Source: Azospirillum sp.
GTDB lineage: Bacteria > Pseudomonadota > Alphaproteobacteria > Azospirillales > Azospirillaceae
DNA length: 64,000 nucleotides
Assembly: GCF_035627195.1 (NCBI RefSeq)
Contig: NZ_DASPMG010000121.1
Location: 2,498 to 66,497, forward strand
Direction: 5' to 3'
The translations under genes were made by a program, and so were the position numbers. Under the pieces are notes generated by a model. That model made no database searches. It worked only from the letters and a program-made list of their open reading frames with translations, and had not been told where the DNA came from. Below, piece by piece: positions 17,666 through 28,222 of the stretch. How positions within the stretch are numbered: the first letter of the stretch is position 1; each line of letters opens with the position of its first letter.

Positions 17666-20326
17666 TCACGCCGTCAGCACGCGCGTGCTCAAGGGCACGG
17701 CGATGCGGCAGCGCACGCCGTCCGGCGGGAAGGTCAGCTCCACGGCGCACTCCAGCTGGCCGCTCAACCCGCGCTCGATCATTCGGGAGCCGAAGCCGCG
17801 CCGCGTCGGCGGCACCACCGGCGGGCCGCCGCTTTCCGTCCACGCGATCACCAGCCGGTCGGGCCCGTCCTCCGCCGGCTCGACCCGCCAGACGACGCCG
17901 ACGCGGCCGGCGCCATTGGACAGCGCCCCATACTTGGCGGCGTTGGTCGCCAGCTCGTGGAAGGCCATGCCGATGGCGACCGCCGCCGCCGGGCCGACGC
18001 GCACGGCCGGGCCGGACAGGCTCACCCGCGCCCCCGCCTCGCCCACGCCGTAGGGGCGCAGCGTCTCGCGCAGCAGGTCGTCCAGGTCCGCCCCCTGCCA
18101 GGATTCGCGCGTCAGCAGGTTGTGCGCCTGGCTCAGCGCCAGCAGGCGCGCGTCGAACGCCTGGACGAACTGCTCGGCCGACGCCGCGCCCCGCTGCGTC
18201 TGCGCGGCGATGGACTGCACGATGGCCAGCGTGTTCTTCACCCGGTGGTTCAGCTCGCCCAGCAGCAGCTTGCGCTGGTCCTCCGCCGCCTTCAGCTCGG
18301 TGATGTCGACGATGACGCGCACGCTGTACAGCGGCTTCTGGTCGGCGTCGCGCACCAGCGAGGCGGCCAGCGCCACCCACAGCGGACGGCCGTCCTTGCG
18401 GGTGACGCGCTTCTCCAGCTGGTAGCTGTCGATCTCCCCCGCCACCATGCGGCGGAAGCACGCGGCGTCGGCGTCGGCGTCGCGCGCGTCGGTGACCGAC
18501 AGCAGGCTCATGGACAGCACCTCGGCGTGGCTGTAGCCGAGGATCTCCGCCAGCCGCAGGTTGGCGTTCAGCACACGCCCGTCCAGGTCCAGCTCGGCGA
18601 AGCCGGCGAAGGCGTTGTCGTAGGTGACGCGCAGCCGCTGCTCGCTCATGCGCAGGGCCGCCTCGGCGCGCGCCCGCTCCACCGCCGCCCAGGCGCGTTC
18701 GGCCACTTGGCCCAGCACCACCACGTCCTCCGCCGCCCAGCGGCGCGGCGCGCGGTCGTGCGCGAACAGCAGCCCGACCAGCCGGCCGTCGCGCATGATC
18801 GGCAGTTCGGCCAGGGCGCCGATCTCCAGCGCCGAATAGCCGGCGGCGGCCGGCGCCGTGCGCGGGTCGGCCGCCACGTCCTCCACCACCAGCGGCAGTC
18901 CGGCGCGCAGCAGCGCCAGCGCCGCCTCCCCGCACGCACTCGTGGCGTGGATGCCCACCGCGCTCGCCATCCCGTCGCACCAGTCCTGGGACACGTGCAG
19001 CCGCTCGGCGTCGCCCTCCACCTCGGCGAAGCCGGCGCGACCGACGCGCAGGTAGCGGCCCACCGCCGCCGACGCCTCGGCCAGCACGTCGCGCGGGTCG
19101 GACAGCGGGCGCAGGGCGTCGTGCAGCTCCGCCAGGAAGCGGGTGCGGCACTCCGCCTGCTTGCGGGCGGTGACGTCGAAGTTGACGCCGACGAGGCGCA
19201 CCGGCCGGCCCAGCGCGTCGCGCTCCACCTCGCCGCGGCTGGACAGCCACTTCACCGTGCCGTCGGGCAGCAGCACGCGGAATTCCGTGTCCAGCGGCCG
19301 GTCGCCGCGCAGCACGGCGTCCACCACCGCCCCCAGCTCGGCCCGGTCGTCCGCGTGCACCACCTCCATCAGCGCGCCCAGGCTGGGCGCCTCGCCCGCC
19401 GGGTCGCGGCCCAGCAGCCGGTACAGGCTGGCCGACCAGATCACCGTGCCGGCCACGAGGTCCATTTCCCAGTCGCCGACGCCGCCGGCCTCCTGCGCGC
19501 GCCGCAGCCGCGCCTCGCTGACGCGCAGCGCCTCCTCGGCGGCGCGGCGGTCGGTGACGTCCTCGATGATGGAGATGCGGAACCGCTCCCCCGCCCGCCC
19601 CGGCGCGCTGCCCAGCGAGGAGGTGACGCGCACCCACACCAGCGAGCCGTCCTTGTGCAGGCAGCGCCGCTCAAGCGTGTAACTGGGCACATCGCCGGCC
19701 AGCAGGCGGGCCAGCTCCGCCTCCTCCGCCGCACGGTCGTCGGGGTGGACGAGGTCGCGGAAGTCCCGCCCCACCAGCTCGTCCCGGTGGTAGCCGAGCA
19801 GCGCGCACAGCCGGTCGTTCACCTCCAGCAGGCGGCCGTCCAGGCCGACCCGCCAGATGCCAATGGCGGCCTGGGCGAACAGGGCGCGGTAGCGCTCCTC
19901 CTCCGCGCGGCGCTGGATCTCCGCCTGCTTGCGCCCGGTGATGTCGAGGCCGGAGCCGGCGTAGCCCAGGAACGCGCCGTCGGCCGCCACCCGCGGCTCG
20001 GCGCGGCCCAGCACCCAGCGCCACGACCCGTCGGCGGCGCGCAGCCGGAACTCCGCGTCGAAGGGCCGTCGGGCGTCCTTGGCCGCCGCCACCGGCCCGG
20101 CCAGCAGCAGCCGGTCCTCCGGATGGATGGACGAAAGCCAGCCCTGCCCCAGTTCCTGCGCCAGGGTGCGGCCGGTCAGCTCCCGCCACGCCCGGTTGAC
20201 GAAGACGCAGGCACCCGCGGCGTTTTCCTGCCAGAACAGCCCGGGCATCGCGTCGGCGGCGTCGCGCCAGCGCGCGGCATCGCCACTTAAGGGAGAATCG
20301 AGAAGCGTTTCCGTCACCGTGGGCAC
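17666..20326 (-). CDS. HWE-family sensor histidine kinase with several PAS domains and one GAF domain
   Basis: Repeated HPEDR/HPDDR...DG..RW...DIT PAS motifs; ELNHRVKNTLA H-box, HELATNAAKYGALS, WTESGGP, RRGFGS. Confidence 0.92.
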   Translation of the reverse strand: MPTVTETLLDSPLSGDAARWRDAADAMPGLFWQENAAGACVFVNRAWRELTGRTLAQELGQGWLSSIHPEDRLLLAGPVAAAKDARRPFDAEFRLRAADGSWRWVLGRAEPRVAADGAFLGYAGSGLDITGRKQAEIQRRAEEERYRALFAQAAIGIWRVGLDGRLLEVNDRLCALLGYHRDELVGRDFRDLVHPDDRAAEEAELARLLAGDVPSYTLERRCLHKDGSLVWVRVTSSLGSAPGRAGERFRISIIEDVTDRRAAEEALRVSEARLRRAQEAGGVGDWEMDLVAGTVIWSASLYRLLGRDPAGEAPSLGALMEVVHADDRAELGAVVDAVLRGDRPLDTEFRVLLPDGTVKWLSSRGEVERDALGRPVRLVGVNFDVTARKQAECRTRFLAELHDALRPLSDPRDVLAEASAAVGRYLRVGRAGFAEVEGDAERLHVSQDWCDGMASAVGIHATSACGEAALALLRAGLPLVVEDVAADPRTAPAAAGYSALEIGALAELPIMRDGRLVGLLFAHDRAPRRWAAEDVVVLGQVAERAWAAVERARAEAALRMSEQRLRVTYDNAFAGFAELDLDGRVLNANLRLAEILGYSHAEVLSMSLLSVTDARDADADAACFRRMVAGEIDSYQLEKRVTRKDGRPLWVALAASLVRDADQKPLYSVRVIVDITELKAAEDQRKLLLGELNHRVKNTLAIVQSIAAQTQRGAASAEQFVQAFDARLLALSQAHNLLTRESWQGADLDDLLRETLRPYGVGEAGARVSLSGPAVRVGPAAAVAIGMAFHELATNAAKYGALSNGAGRVGVVWRVEPAEDGPDRLVIAWTESGGPPVVPPTRRGFGSRMIERGLSGQLECAVELTFPPDGVRCRIAVPLSTRVLTA

Positions 20327-20461
20327 ATGATCCGATCCGGCTGGTCGCCGGACCGGCGCCGCCGATTGTGTTGCCTCTTTGGAAGGCAGCTTATCGGCGG
20401 CGGCGGCGGCCCGTCCATGTCACCTATGGCCGAGTATGCATCGGCCGAACGGTCAGTCGCG

Positions 20462-21553
<1,092 letters not shown>

Positions 21554-21842
21554 GCGTCTCTCTCCCGTTGCAGTCGGGTTCCGTCGCCTTCCTTTGAAGT
21601 GGCCACCGGGACGCGCCGCGGCAACGCGAACACTCCGAACAGGCGACACGCTGTGCTCGCCAAGTCATAACGCGCCCTAAGTACTAGCCCTCAAAGGCTT
21701 GGCAACCCTTGTCCGCCGCCGGGGCGGCGTATAGGCTTCGCGCTGAAAATGAAAAAGGGTAGCCGTCCGGCAATACCCGCCTTTGGCGTGCCGGGCAGGC
21801 CTATCCATTCAGGTCCTGGTTTCCACGTCGGAGGAATCGCCG

Positions 21843-22319
21843 ATGCAGCGATCGCTCAATCTCGACCCGGGCAAATGCACCGGGTGCCGCCAGTGCGAAA
21901 TGGCGTGCTCCTATGAAAAGGAAGGGGCCTTCAACCCGTCGAAGTCGCGCATCCGCGTCTTCACCTTCGACGCGGAGGCCCGCTTCGTCCCCTACACCTG
22001 CACGCAGTGCGCCGAGGCGTGGTGCATGAAGGCCTGCCCGGTGGACGCCATCACCATCAGCATTGGCACCGGCGCCAAGGTGGTGCACGACGACGTCTGC
22101 GTCGGCTGCAAGGTCTGTACGATCGCCTGCCCGTTCGGCACGGTGAACTACAACGCCGACAGCGGCAAGGTGGCCAAGTGCGACCTGTGCGACGGCAGCC
22201 CGGCCTGCGCCAAGGCGTGCCCGACGGGTGCCATCACCTACGTCGACGCCAACTGGACCGGCCTGGACAAGATGCGGTCCTGGGCCGCCAAGTCCACCTC
22301 TCCTGCCGCCGCGAACTGA
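21843..22319 (+). CDS. aorA: 4x[4Fe-4S] electron-transfer subunit of aldehyde oxidoreductase (AorA-like)
   Basis: CTGCRQCEMAC, CTQCAEAWCMKACP, CVGCKVCTIACP, KCDLC...PACAKACP; directly upstream of the AOR gene. Confidence 0.85.
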   Translation: MQRSLNLDPGKCTGCRQCEMACSYEKEGAFNPSKSRIRVFTFDAEARFVPYTCTQCAEAWCMKACPVDAITISIGTGAKVVHDDVCVGCKVCTIACPFGTVNYNADSGKVAKCDLCDGSPACAKACPTGAITYVDANWTGLDKMRSWAAKSTSPAAAN

Positions 22320-22331
22320 GGAGGCCTGACG

Positions 22332-24179
22332 ATGGGATGGGCTGGTAAGATCCTGCGCGTCAACCTGACCGCCGGCACCGTGAAGTCCGAGCCGCTGAAC
22401 AAGGAGTGGGCCCAGAAGTACCTGGGTTCGCGCGGCCTCGGCACGAAATACCTGTGCGAGGAGATCGACCCGAAGGTCGATCCGCTGTCGCCCGACAACA
22501 AGCTGATCTTCGCCACCGGTCCGCTGACCGGCACCATGGCGTCGACCGGCGGCCGCTACACGGTCATCACCAAGGGTGCGCTGACCAACGCCATCGCGTG
22601 CTCCAACTCCGGCGGCTTCTTCGGCAACGAGCTGAAGAACGCCGGCTGGGACATGATCATCTTCGAAGGCCGCTCGGCCACCCCGGTCTACCTCTACGTC
22701 GAGAACGGCGAGGCGAAGCTGCTGCCCGCCGACGACCTGTGGGGCACGTCCGTCTGGCACACGGAAGAGACGATCAAGGCCAAGCACCAGGATCCGCAGA
22801 TCCGCGTCTCCTCCATCGGCGTGTCGGGCGAGAAGGGTGTGAAGTACGCCTGCATCGTCAACGACCTGCACCGCGCCGCCGGCCGGTCGGGCGTGGGCAC
22901 GGTGATGGGTTCGAAGAACCTGAAGGCGGTCGCCGTGCGCGGCACGCTGGGCGTGAAGATCAAGGACTTCGACGCGTTCTTCAAGGCGACCGAGGCGGCC
23001 AAGGCCGTGCTCGCCGGCAACGCGGTCACGGGTCAGGGCCTGCCGGCCTACGGCACCCAGGTGCTGATGAACGTGATCAACGAGTCGGGCGCCATGCCCA
23101 CGCGCAACCACCGCGACATCCAGTTCGAGGGTGCCCACAAGATCTCGGCCGAGGCGATGGCCGTGCCGCGCGCCAGCGACGGCAAGCCGAACCTGTCCCG
23201 CAACGGCGCCTGCTTCGGCTGCACCATCGCGTGCGGCCGCATCTCGACCGTCGACAAGACGCACTTCTCGGTCAAGGACAAGCCGCAGTACTGGGGTGCG
23301 TCCGGCGGCCTGGAGTACGAGGCGGCCTGGGCGCTGGGCTCCAACACCGGCGTGGACGACCTGGACGCGCTGACCTACGCCAACTTCATCTGCAACGAGC
23401 AGGGCATGGACCCGATCTCGTTCGGCGCCACCGTGTCGGCGGCGATGGAGCTGTACGAGATCGGCGCCATCACCACCGAGCACACCGGCGGGCTGGAGCT
23501 GCGCTTCGGTTCGGCCGAGGCGCTGGTGAAGCTGGCCGAGCTGACCGGCAAGGGCGAGGGCTTCGGGGCCGAGATCGGCCTGGGCTCCAAGCGCCTGACG
23601 GAGAAGTACGGCCACCCGGACCTGTCCATGTCGGTCAAGGGCCAGGAGTTCCCGGCCTATGATTCGCGCGGTATCCAGGGCATGGGCCTGACGTATGCCA
23701 CCTCCAACCGCGGCGCCTGCCACCTGCGCAGCTACACCGTGGCGTCGGAGATCCTGGGCATCCCGGAGAAGACCGACCCGCTGGCGACCGACGGCAAGGC
23801 CGGCCTCGTGAAGGCCTTCCAGGACGCCACGGCCGCCTTCGACGCGGCGGGCATCTGCATCTTCACCTCCTTCGCCTGGTCGCTGGTCGACGTCGCCCCG
23901 CAGGTCGACGCCGCCATCGACGGCGGCTGGTCGGTGGAGCGTCTGGTCGAGACGGGCGAGCGCATCTGGAACCTGGAGCGCCAGTTCAACCTCGCCGCCG
24001 GCCTGACGGCGAAGGACGACACGCTGCCCAAGCGCCTCTTGAAGGAAGCGGCGAAGACCGGCCCGGCCACCGGCCGCGTCAACGACCTGGGCAAGATGCT
24101 GCCGGAATACTACGAGCTCCGCGGCTGGACGCCCGACGGCGTCCCGACCAACGAGACGCTGGCCCGGCTGGCCCTGTAA
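22332..24179 (+). CDS. aorB: Tungsten-dependent aldehyde oxidoreductase catalytic subunit (AorB-like)
   Basis: GKILRVNLT, FATGPLTG, SNSGG, AAGRSGVGTVMGSKNLKA, CFGCTIACG, EYE, GMDPIS, SNRGACH, YYELRGW. Confidence 0.93.
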   Translation: MGWAGKILRVNLTAGTVKSEPLNKEWAQKYLGSRGLGTKYLCEEIDPKVDPLSPDNKLIFATGPLTGTMASTGGRYTVITKGALTNAIACSNSGGFFGNELKNAGWDMIIFEGRSATPVYLYVENGEAKLLPADDLWGTSVWHTEETIKAKHQDPQIRVSSIGVSGEKGVKYACIVNDLHRAAGRSGVGTVMGSKNLKAVAVRGTLGVKIKDFDAFFKATEAAKAVLAGNAVTGQGLPAYGTQVLMNVINESGAMPTRNHRDIQFEGAHKISAEAMAVPRASDGKPNLSRNGACFGCTIACGRISTVDKTHFSVKDKPQYWGASGGLEYEAAWALGSNTGVDDLDALTYANFICNEQGMDPISFGATVSAAMELYEIGAITTEHTGGLELRFGSAEALVKLAELTGKGEGFGAEIGLGSKRLTEKYGHPDLSMSVKGQEFPAYDSRGIQGMGLTYATSNRGACHLRSYTVASEILGIPEKTDPLATDGKAGLVKAFQDATAAFDAAGICIFTSFAWSLVDVAPQVDAAIDGGWSVERLVETGERIWNLERQFNLAAGLTAKDDTLPKRLLKEAAKTGPATGRVNDLGKMLPEYYELRGWTPDGVPTNETLARLAL

Positions 24180-24196
24180 CGGTTGGGGGCCTTCCA

Positions 24197-24336
24197 CCCC
24201 TCCCCCGCCCCCGGCGGGGGAGGGAGGGGCCCAAGCTCCGCTTGGGAGGGTGGGGGCAACGGCCTGCCCGAGAATCCTTGCCCCCACCCTGCCCGCTCAC
24301 GCGGGCTTCCCTCCCCCGCCGGAGGCAGGGGAGGGA
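24197..24336. repeat. REP-like element family A inside the aor operon
   Basis: Matches other family A copies. Confidence 0.8.
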
Positions 24337-24369
24337 CTTTGACCTACGAATTCTTGAGGGTGATCCTCC

Positions 24370-25674
24370 ATGCATTACGTCGTTCTCGGAGCGGGGCCGT
24401 CCGGCGTCGTCGCCGCTGAGACCCTGCGCAAGGCCGATCCCAACGGCAAAGTCACCCTCGTCGGCGGCGAGCCGGAGCCGCCCTATTCCCGCATGGCGAT
24501 CCCCTACTTCCTGACCGGCAAGATCCAGGCCGAGGGGACCTACCTGCGCAAGACGCCCAACCACTACGACACCCAGGGCATCGGCTACCGCCAGGGGCTG
24601 GCGCAGCGGCTGCGCCCGGACGAGAAGAAGATCGACTTCACCGACGGCAGCCACCTGTCCTACGACCGGCTGCTGATCGCCACCGGCGCGCGGCCGGTGC
24701 GCCCGCCCATCCCCGGCCTGGACCGCAAGGGCGTCCACCACTGCTGGACGCTGGAGGACGCGCGCAACATCATCGACCTCGCCCAGCCCGGCAGCCACGT
24801 GGTGCTGATGGGCGCCGGCTTCATCGGCTGCATCGTGCTGGAGGCGCTGGCCATGCGCGGCGTCCGGCTGACGGTCGTCGAGATGGGCGACCGCATGGTG
24901 CCGCGCATGATGAACGAGACCGCCGGCACCATGATCAAGACGTGGTGCGAGAAGAAGGGCATCCGCGTCCTCACCTCCACCAAGATCAAGAGCCTGCAGT
25001 CGGTCGCCGCCGAGAAGGAGCGCGGCATCTTCGCCCGCCTGTTCCGCCGCGAGCCGGTGGTGGAGGCCAGCGACACCATCGACGTCGAGCTGGACAGCGG
25101 CGAGATGCTGGCGGCCCACCTCGTGGTGGTGTCGGCCGGCGTGCGCCCGAACGTCGAGTTCCTGGAGAACAGCGGCGTGAAGATCGACCGCGGCATCCTG
25201 GTCGACCGCTACATGCGCACCAGCGTCAACGACGTCTACGCGGCAGGCGACGTGGCCCAGGGCTACGACTTCTCGACCAAGGCGCACGACGTGCACGCCA
25301 TCCAGCCGACCGCGTCGGAGCACGGCCGCATCGCCGCCATGAACATGGCCGGCCACAACGTGCAGTACAACGGCAGCCTGCAGATGAACGTGCTCGACAC
25401 GCTGGGCCTCATCTCCTCCTCCTTCGGCCTCTGGGCCGGCGTGGACGGCGGCGAGAAGGTCGAGGTGGTGGACCACGACAACTACAAGTACATCAGCCTG
25501 CAGTTCGCCGACGACGTCCTGGTCGGCGGCACCGCCATCGGCCTGACGCAGCACGTCGGCTGCCTGCGCGGCCTGATCCAGGCCGAAACGAAGCTGGGCG
25601 TGTGGAAGGAGCGGCTGATGAAGGACCCCTACCGCCTCATGGACGCCTACGTCGCGAACTCCCAGATCAGGTAG
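24370..25674 (+). CDS. aorC: FAD/NAD(P)-dependent oxidoreductase (AorC-like)
   Basis: GAGPSG, YDRLLIATGA, GAGFIG, VYAAGDVA. Confidence 0.85.
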   Translation: MHYVVLGAGPSGVVAAETLRKADPNGKVTLVGGEPEPPYSRMAIPYFLTGKIQAEGTYLRKTPNHYDTQGIGYRQGLAQRLRPDEKKIDFTDGSHLSYDRLLIATGARPVRPPIPGLDRKGVHHCWTLEDARNIIDLAQPGSHVVLMGAGFIGCIVLEALAMRGVRLTVVEMGDRMVPRMMNETAGTMIKTWCEKKGIRVLTSTKIKSLQSVAAEKERGIFARLFRREPVVEASDTIDVELDSGEMLAAHLVVVSAGVRPNVEFLENSGVKIDRGILVDRYMRTSVNDVYAAGDVAQGYDFSTKAHDVHAIQPTASEHGRIAAMNMAGHNVQYNGSLQMNVLDTLGLISSSFGLWAGVDGGEKVEVVDHDNYKYISLQFADDVLVGGTAIGLTQHVGCLRGLIQAETKLGVWKERLMKDPYRLMDAYVANSQIR

Positions 25675-25741
25675 CCAGATCAGGTAGAAGGAACGGGGGC
25701 GCCGCGGCGCCCCCAATCGCTGCGGGAGAGGCGGAGACACC

Positions 25742-25993
25742 ATGGAGATCACGGTCAAGCTGTTCGCCACCCTGTCCGGCTTCCTGCCGCCGGGCGCGGT
25801 GAACAACCAGGCCCCATTGCAGGTGCCGGAGGATGCGACCCCCGGTCACGTCATCCAGCGCCTGAACCTGCCGCGCGAGCGCTGCCATCTGGTGCTGGTC
25901 AACGGCGTCTACGTGCAGCCCAGCCAACTGGACCGGCAGGTGCTGAAGCCCGGCGACGCGCTCGCCATGTGGCCGCCCGTCGCCGGCGGATGA
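25742..25993 (+). CDS. MoaD/ThiS-family sulfur carrier
   Basis: ITVKLFATL, LVLVNG, C-terminal WPPVAGG. Confidence 0.88.
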   Translation: MEITVKLFATLSGFLPPGAVNNQAPLQVPEDATPGHVIQRLNLPRERCHLVLVNGVYVQPSQLDRQVLKPGDALAMWPPVAGG

Positions 25994-26289
25994 GCGACAC
26001 CATCAGCGATACCCTCGTCGAGAAGGACATGGCGCTGACGCGCGAGGATTTCGCGCGCCTGCTGCCCGAGGCCGCGCACGGCCTGCCCTGGCGCGTGGAG
26101 GACGGCGTCTACCGCATCGGCGGCGCGGCCGGCGTGGACATCCGCCTGGAGCCCCTGCCCGACCGCCGCATCGCGCTCATAGCACTCCCCCGCCTGCGCG
26201 TCACCCTGGCCTTCCACGGCTGGCCGGCCGAGGAACAGCGCGCCTTCCTGCACCGCTTCGACACCGCGTTCCGCCGCGGGGGTGGATAA
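25990..26289 (+). CDS. Conserved hypothetical protein of aor clusters
   Basis: ATGA overlap with the MoaD gene; ends RFDTAFRRGGG. Confidence 0.65.
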   Translation: MSDTISDTLVEKDMALTREDFARLLPEAAHGLPWRVEDGVYRIGGAAGVDIRLEPLPDRRIALIALPRLRVTLAFHGWPAEEQRAFLHRFDTAFRRGGG

Positions 26290-26294
26290 TATAC

Positions 26295-26537
26295 CCCTCC
26301 CCCGGCCCCGCCGGGGGAGGGAAGCCCGCGTAGCGGGCAGGGTGGGGGCAACGGCCTTTGTGGCAGGCGTCGGGCCGCTGATCCTCGCGAACAACTTGCC
26401 CCCACCCTTCCCATGCTCCGCATGGGCCCCTTCCACAGTCGCTCGCAAGCCTCGCGACTGCGTTTCGCCTACGATCGCCTTCGGCGCTCGTTGCCTTCGG
26501 CACCGGCTCAACGCCCCCGCCGGGGGCGGGGGAGGGA
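26295..26537. repeat. REP-like element family A carrying a ~79-nt insertion (26435-26513)
   Basis: Aligns with 3139-3384 on both sides of the insert. Confidence 0.75.
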
Positions 26538-26547
26538 AACCAAACCG

Positions 26548-26868
26548 TCACACCACCGGCGCCCCATACGCCCAGGAGAACGGCACCGGCCCCGACAGGG
26601 CCAGCACGTCGCCTTCGTCCAGGATGCGGTGCTCGTTGATGCCGCCGCCCAGCGTCGGCGTGATGTCGCGGCCGTTGACCAGGGCCAGGTAGACGTCCGG
26701 CATGGGAATCCCGAACCGGCGGATCACGTCGCCCACCGTGCTGCCGGCCGGCAGGGACAGGCGGTGGAACACCGCGCCGCCGCCGTGGCGCGTCAGGCTG
26801 TTGAAGAGCCGCACCTCCACGGCGATGCGCACGCCGCCCGAATTGTGGCCGAACCCGGCGTCCGGCAT
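26548..26868 (-). CDS. MoaD/ThiS-like beta-grasp protein lacking the C-terminal GG
   Basis: VEVRLFNSL, GSTVGDVI, LALVNGRDI, LDEGDVLALSGPVPFSWAYGAPVV; GAGG RBS. Confidence 0.7.
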   Translation of the reverse strand: MPDAGFGHNSGGVRIAVEVRLFNSLTRHGGGAVFHRLSLPAGSTVGDVIRRFGIPMPDVYLALVNGRDITPTLGGGINEHRILDEGDVLALSGPVPFSWAYGAPVV

Positions 26869-27116
26869 GGCTTCTTCCCGCTGCAACACGTGTCTCCTCC
26901 ACGACTGGACCAAGACTGGACCGTGTCGGCAGGATCGGCAGCGCCGGGCACCCCGGCCTTGACGGCGGTCAAGCCCATGGTGGCACCGCCCCGCCACTTT
27001 GGTATCGGTCGGCGGTGCGTAAGGATGACCTGGATCACGGCGGGCTCCCTTACTCCCCATTAAACATTCATGTCTACACTGGGTGCGTAAGGGGGCCTCG
27101 GCCCCGGGAGGTGACC

Positions 27117-27338
27117 ATGTCCGCCATGCAGATGCCCGATGCGCCGGAAGGCCTGGAGCAGGACTTCGCCCTCCTCGGCATTCTCGACCGCGCCTACGTC
27201 AAGCGCGTGGTCCGCAACGGCGAGAAGCTGTTCGAAGTGCACGCCGCCGACGGCAGCTTCCTCGGCCAGTTCCACGACCGCGACACCGCCTTCGCGGCGC
27301 TGCGCCTCCAGGACATGGAGCCCCTAAGCGTGCATTAA
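27117..27338 (+). CDS. DUF1150-family small protein
   Basis: AYVKRV, VHAADG, RDTAFAA, MEPLSVH; GGGAGG RBS. Confidence 0.8.
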   Translation: MSAMQMPDAPEGLEQDFALLGILDRAYVKRVVRNGEKLFEVHAADGSFLGQFHDRDTAFAALRLQDMEPLSVH

Positions 27339-27414
27339 GGGCGTGCATTGACGGCGCGCCGATACGCCCGCCCGCCTGTTCACGGGAAGCAACACCCGTG
27401 CAAGGACAGGCAGC

Positions 27415-27804
27415 ATGCGCACCCTTCCGACTATCTCGGCCCCGATCATCTCGGCTTTCGTGATCCTCCTGGCCTCCGGCGGCGCGCTGGCGCAGGCCGG
27501 CACCGGCGGCAGCGCCGGCGGCCCCTCCACGGCGAACTGCCCGGCCGGCAGCGCCGGCAACGACCCCGCCTGCCTCAACCGCAGCCAGCTGGGCACGTCC
27601 GGCTCCACCTGGGGGACGGGCGGCAGCGCCGGGTCGGGCACCTCCGGCTCCACCTGGGACCAGCGCGGACAGACCGGCCAGGGTGGTGCGGCCGCCGCCG
27701 GCTCCGGCACGTCGGGCAGCATCGCCACGCCCAACGCCGGCTCCATCGGCGGCGGCACGGGCAGCGCCACCGGCGCGCAGCCGGCGGACCCGTCGAAGAA
27801 GTAG
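27415..27804 (+). CDS. Secreted Gly/Ser/Thr-rich low-complexity protein
   Basis: Signal peptide ending GALAQ; one Cys pair; GTSGSTW repeated twice. Confidence 0.6.
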   Translation: MRTLPTISAPIISAFVILLASGGALAQAGTGGSAGGPSTANCPAGSAGNDPACLNRSQLGTSGSTWGTGGSAGSGTSGSTWDQRGQTGQGGAAAAGSGTSGSIATPNAGSIGGGTGSATGAQPADPSKK

Positions 27805-27824
27805 CCGCCGCCCTGAATGCCCCC

Positions 27825-28067
27825 TCAGTGCTGCCAGCGCTCCAGCGTCCGCAGGACGCGGTCGAGCGTCGGCAGCGGGGTGGCGATGACCACGCCGTCG
27901 AGGATGGCTTCCGCCTGTTCGGTGTCGATGCCGGTCATGCGGGCGACGGCGGCCGGCCCCAGGCCGCGGTCGTCGGCGATCAGCGTGATCCAGTTGGCCA
28001 GCGCGTACTTCTGCCGCAACAGGCCGGGATTGGCCAATCGGATGTCGGTGAGCGGATCAGCCTTCAT
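27825..28067 (-). CDS. Small XRE-like helix-turn-helix protein (80 aa)
   Basis: MKADPLTDIRLANPGLLRQKYALANWI...RGLGPAAVARMTGI...; GGGAGGAG RBS. Confidence 0.6.
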   Translation of the reverse strand: MKADPLTDIRLANPGLLRQKYALANWITLIADDRGLGPAAVARMTGIDTEQAEAILDGVVIATPLPTLDRVLRTLERWQH

Positions 28068-28222
28068 GGACTCCTCCCGAGTATGGTGGCCGTTTCTTCT
28101 TGTGCGGCCATGGTGACTCGGGGGCGGCGGTCCGCGCAATGCGGCCAACGGTACTGTCCGTCCGTCAGAGGCATTCGGGGTTGACAAGGGGACGGGGGAC
28201 GAGGGAACGGGGGGACGGGGGA

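Noticed and set aside
17559-20290. 692-aa and 906-aa overlapping ORFs
   Set aside because: Off-frame and antisense shadows of the HWE kinase
21699-21715. Possible sigma54 promoter TTGGCAACCCTTGT upstream of aorA
   Set aside because: GG-N10-GC spacing is not satisfied
27024-27039. Degenerate Crp-like site GATGA-cctgga-TCACG before the first DUF1150 gene
   Set aside because: Spacing to TAAACA fits, but there are several mismatches to the consensus; too weak to count
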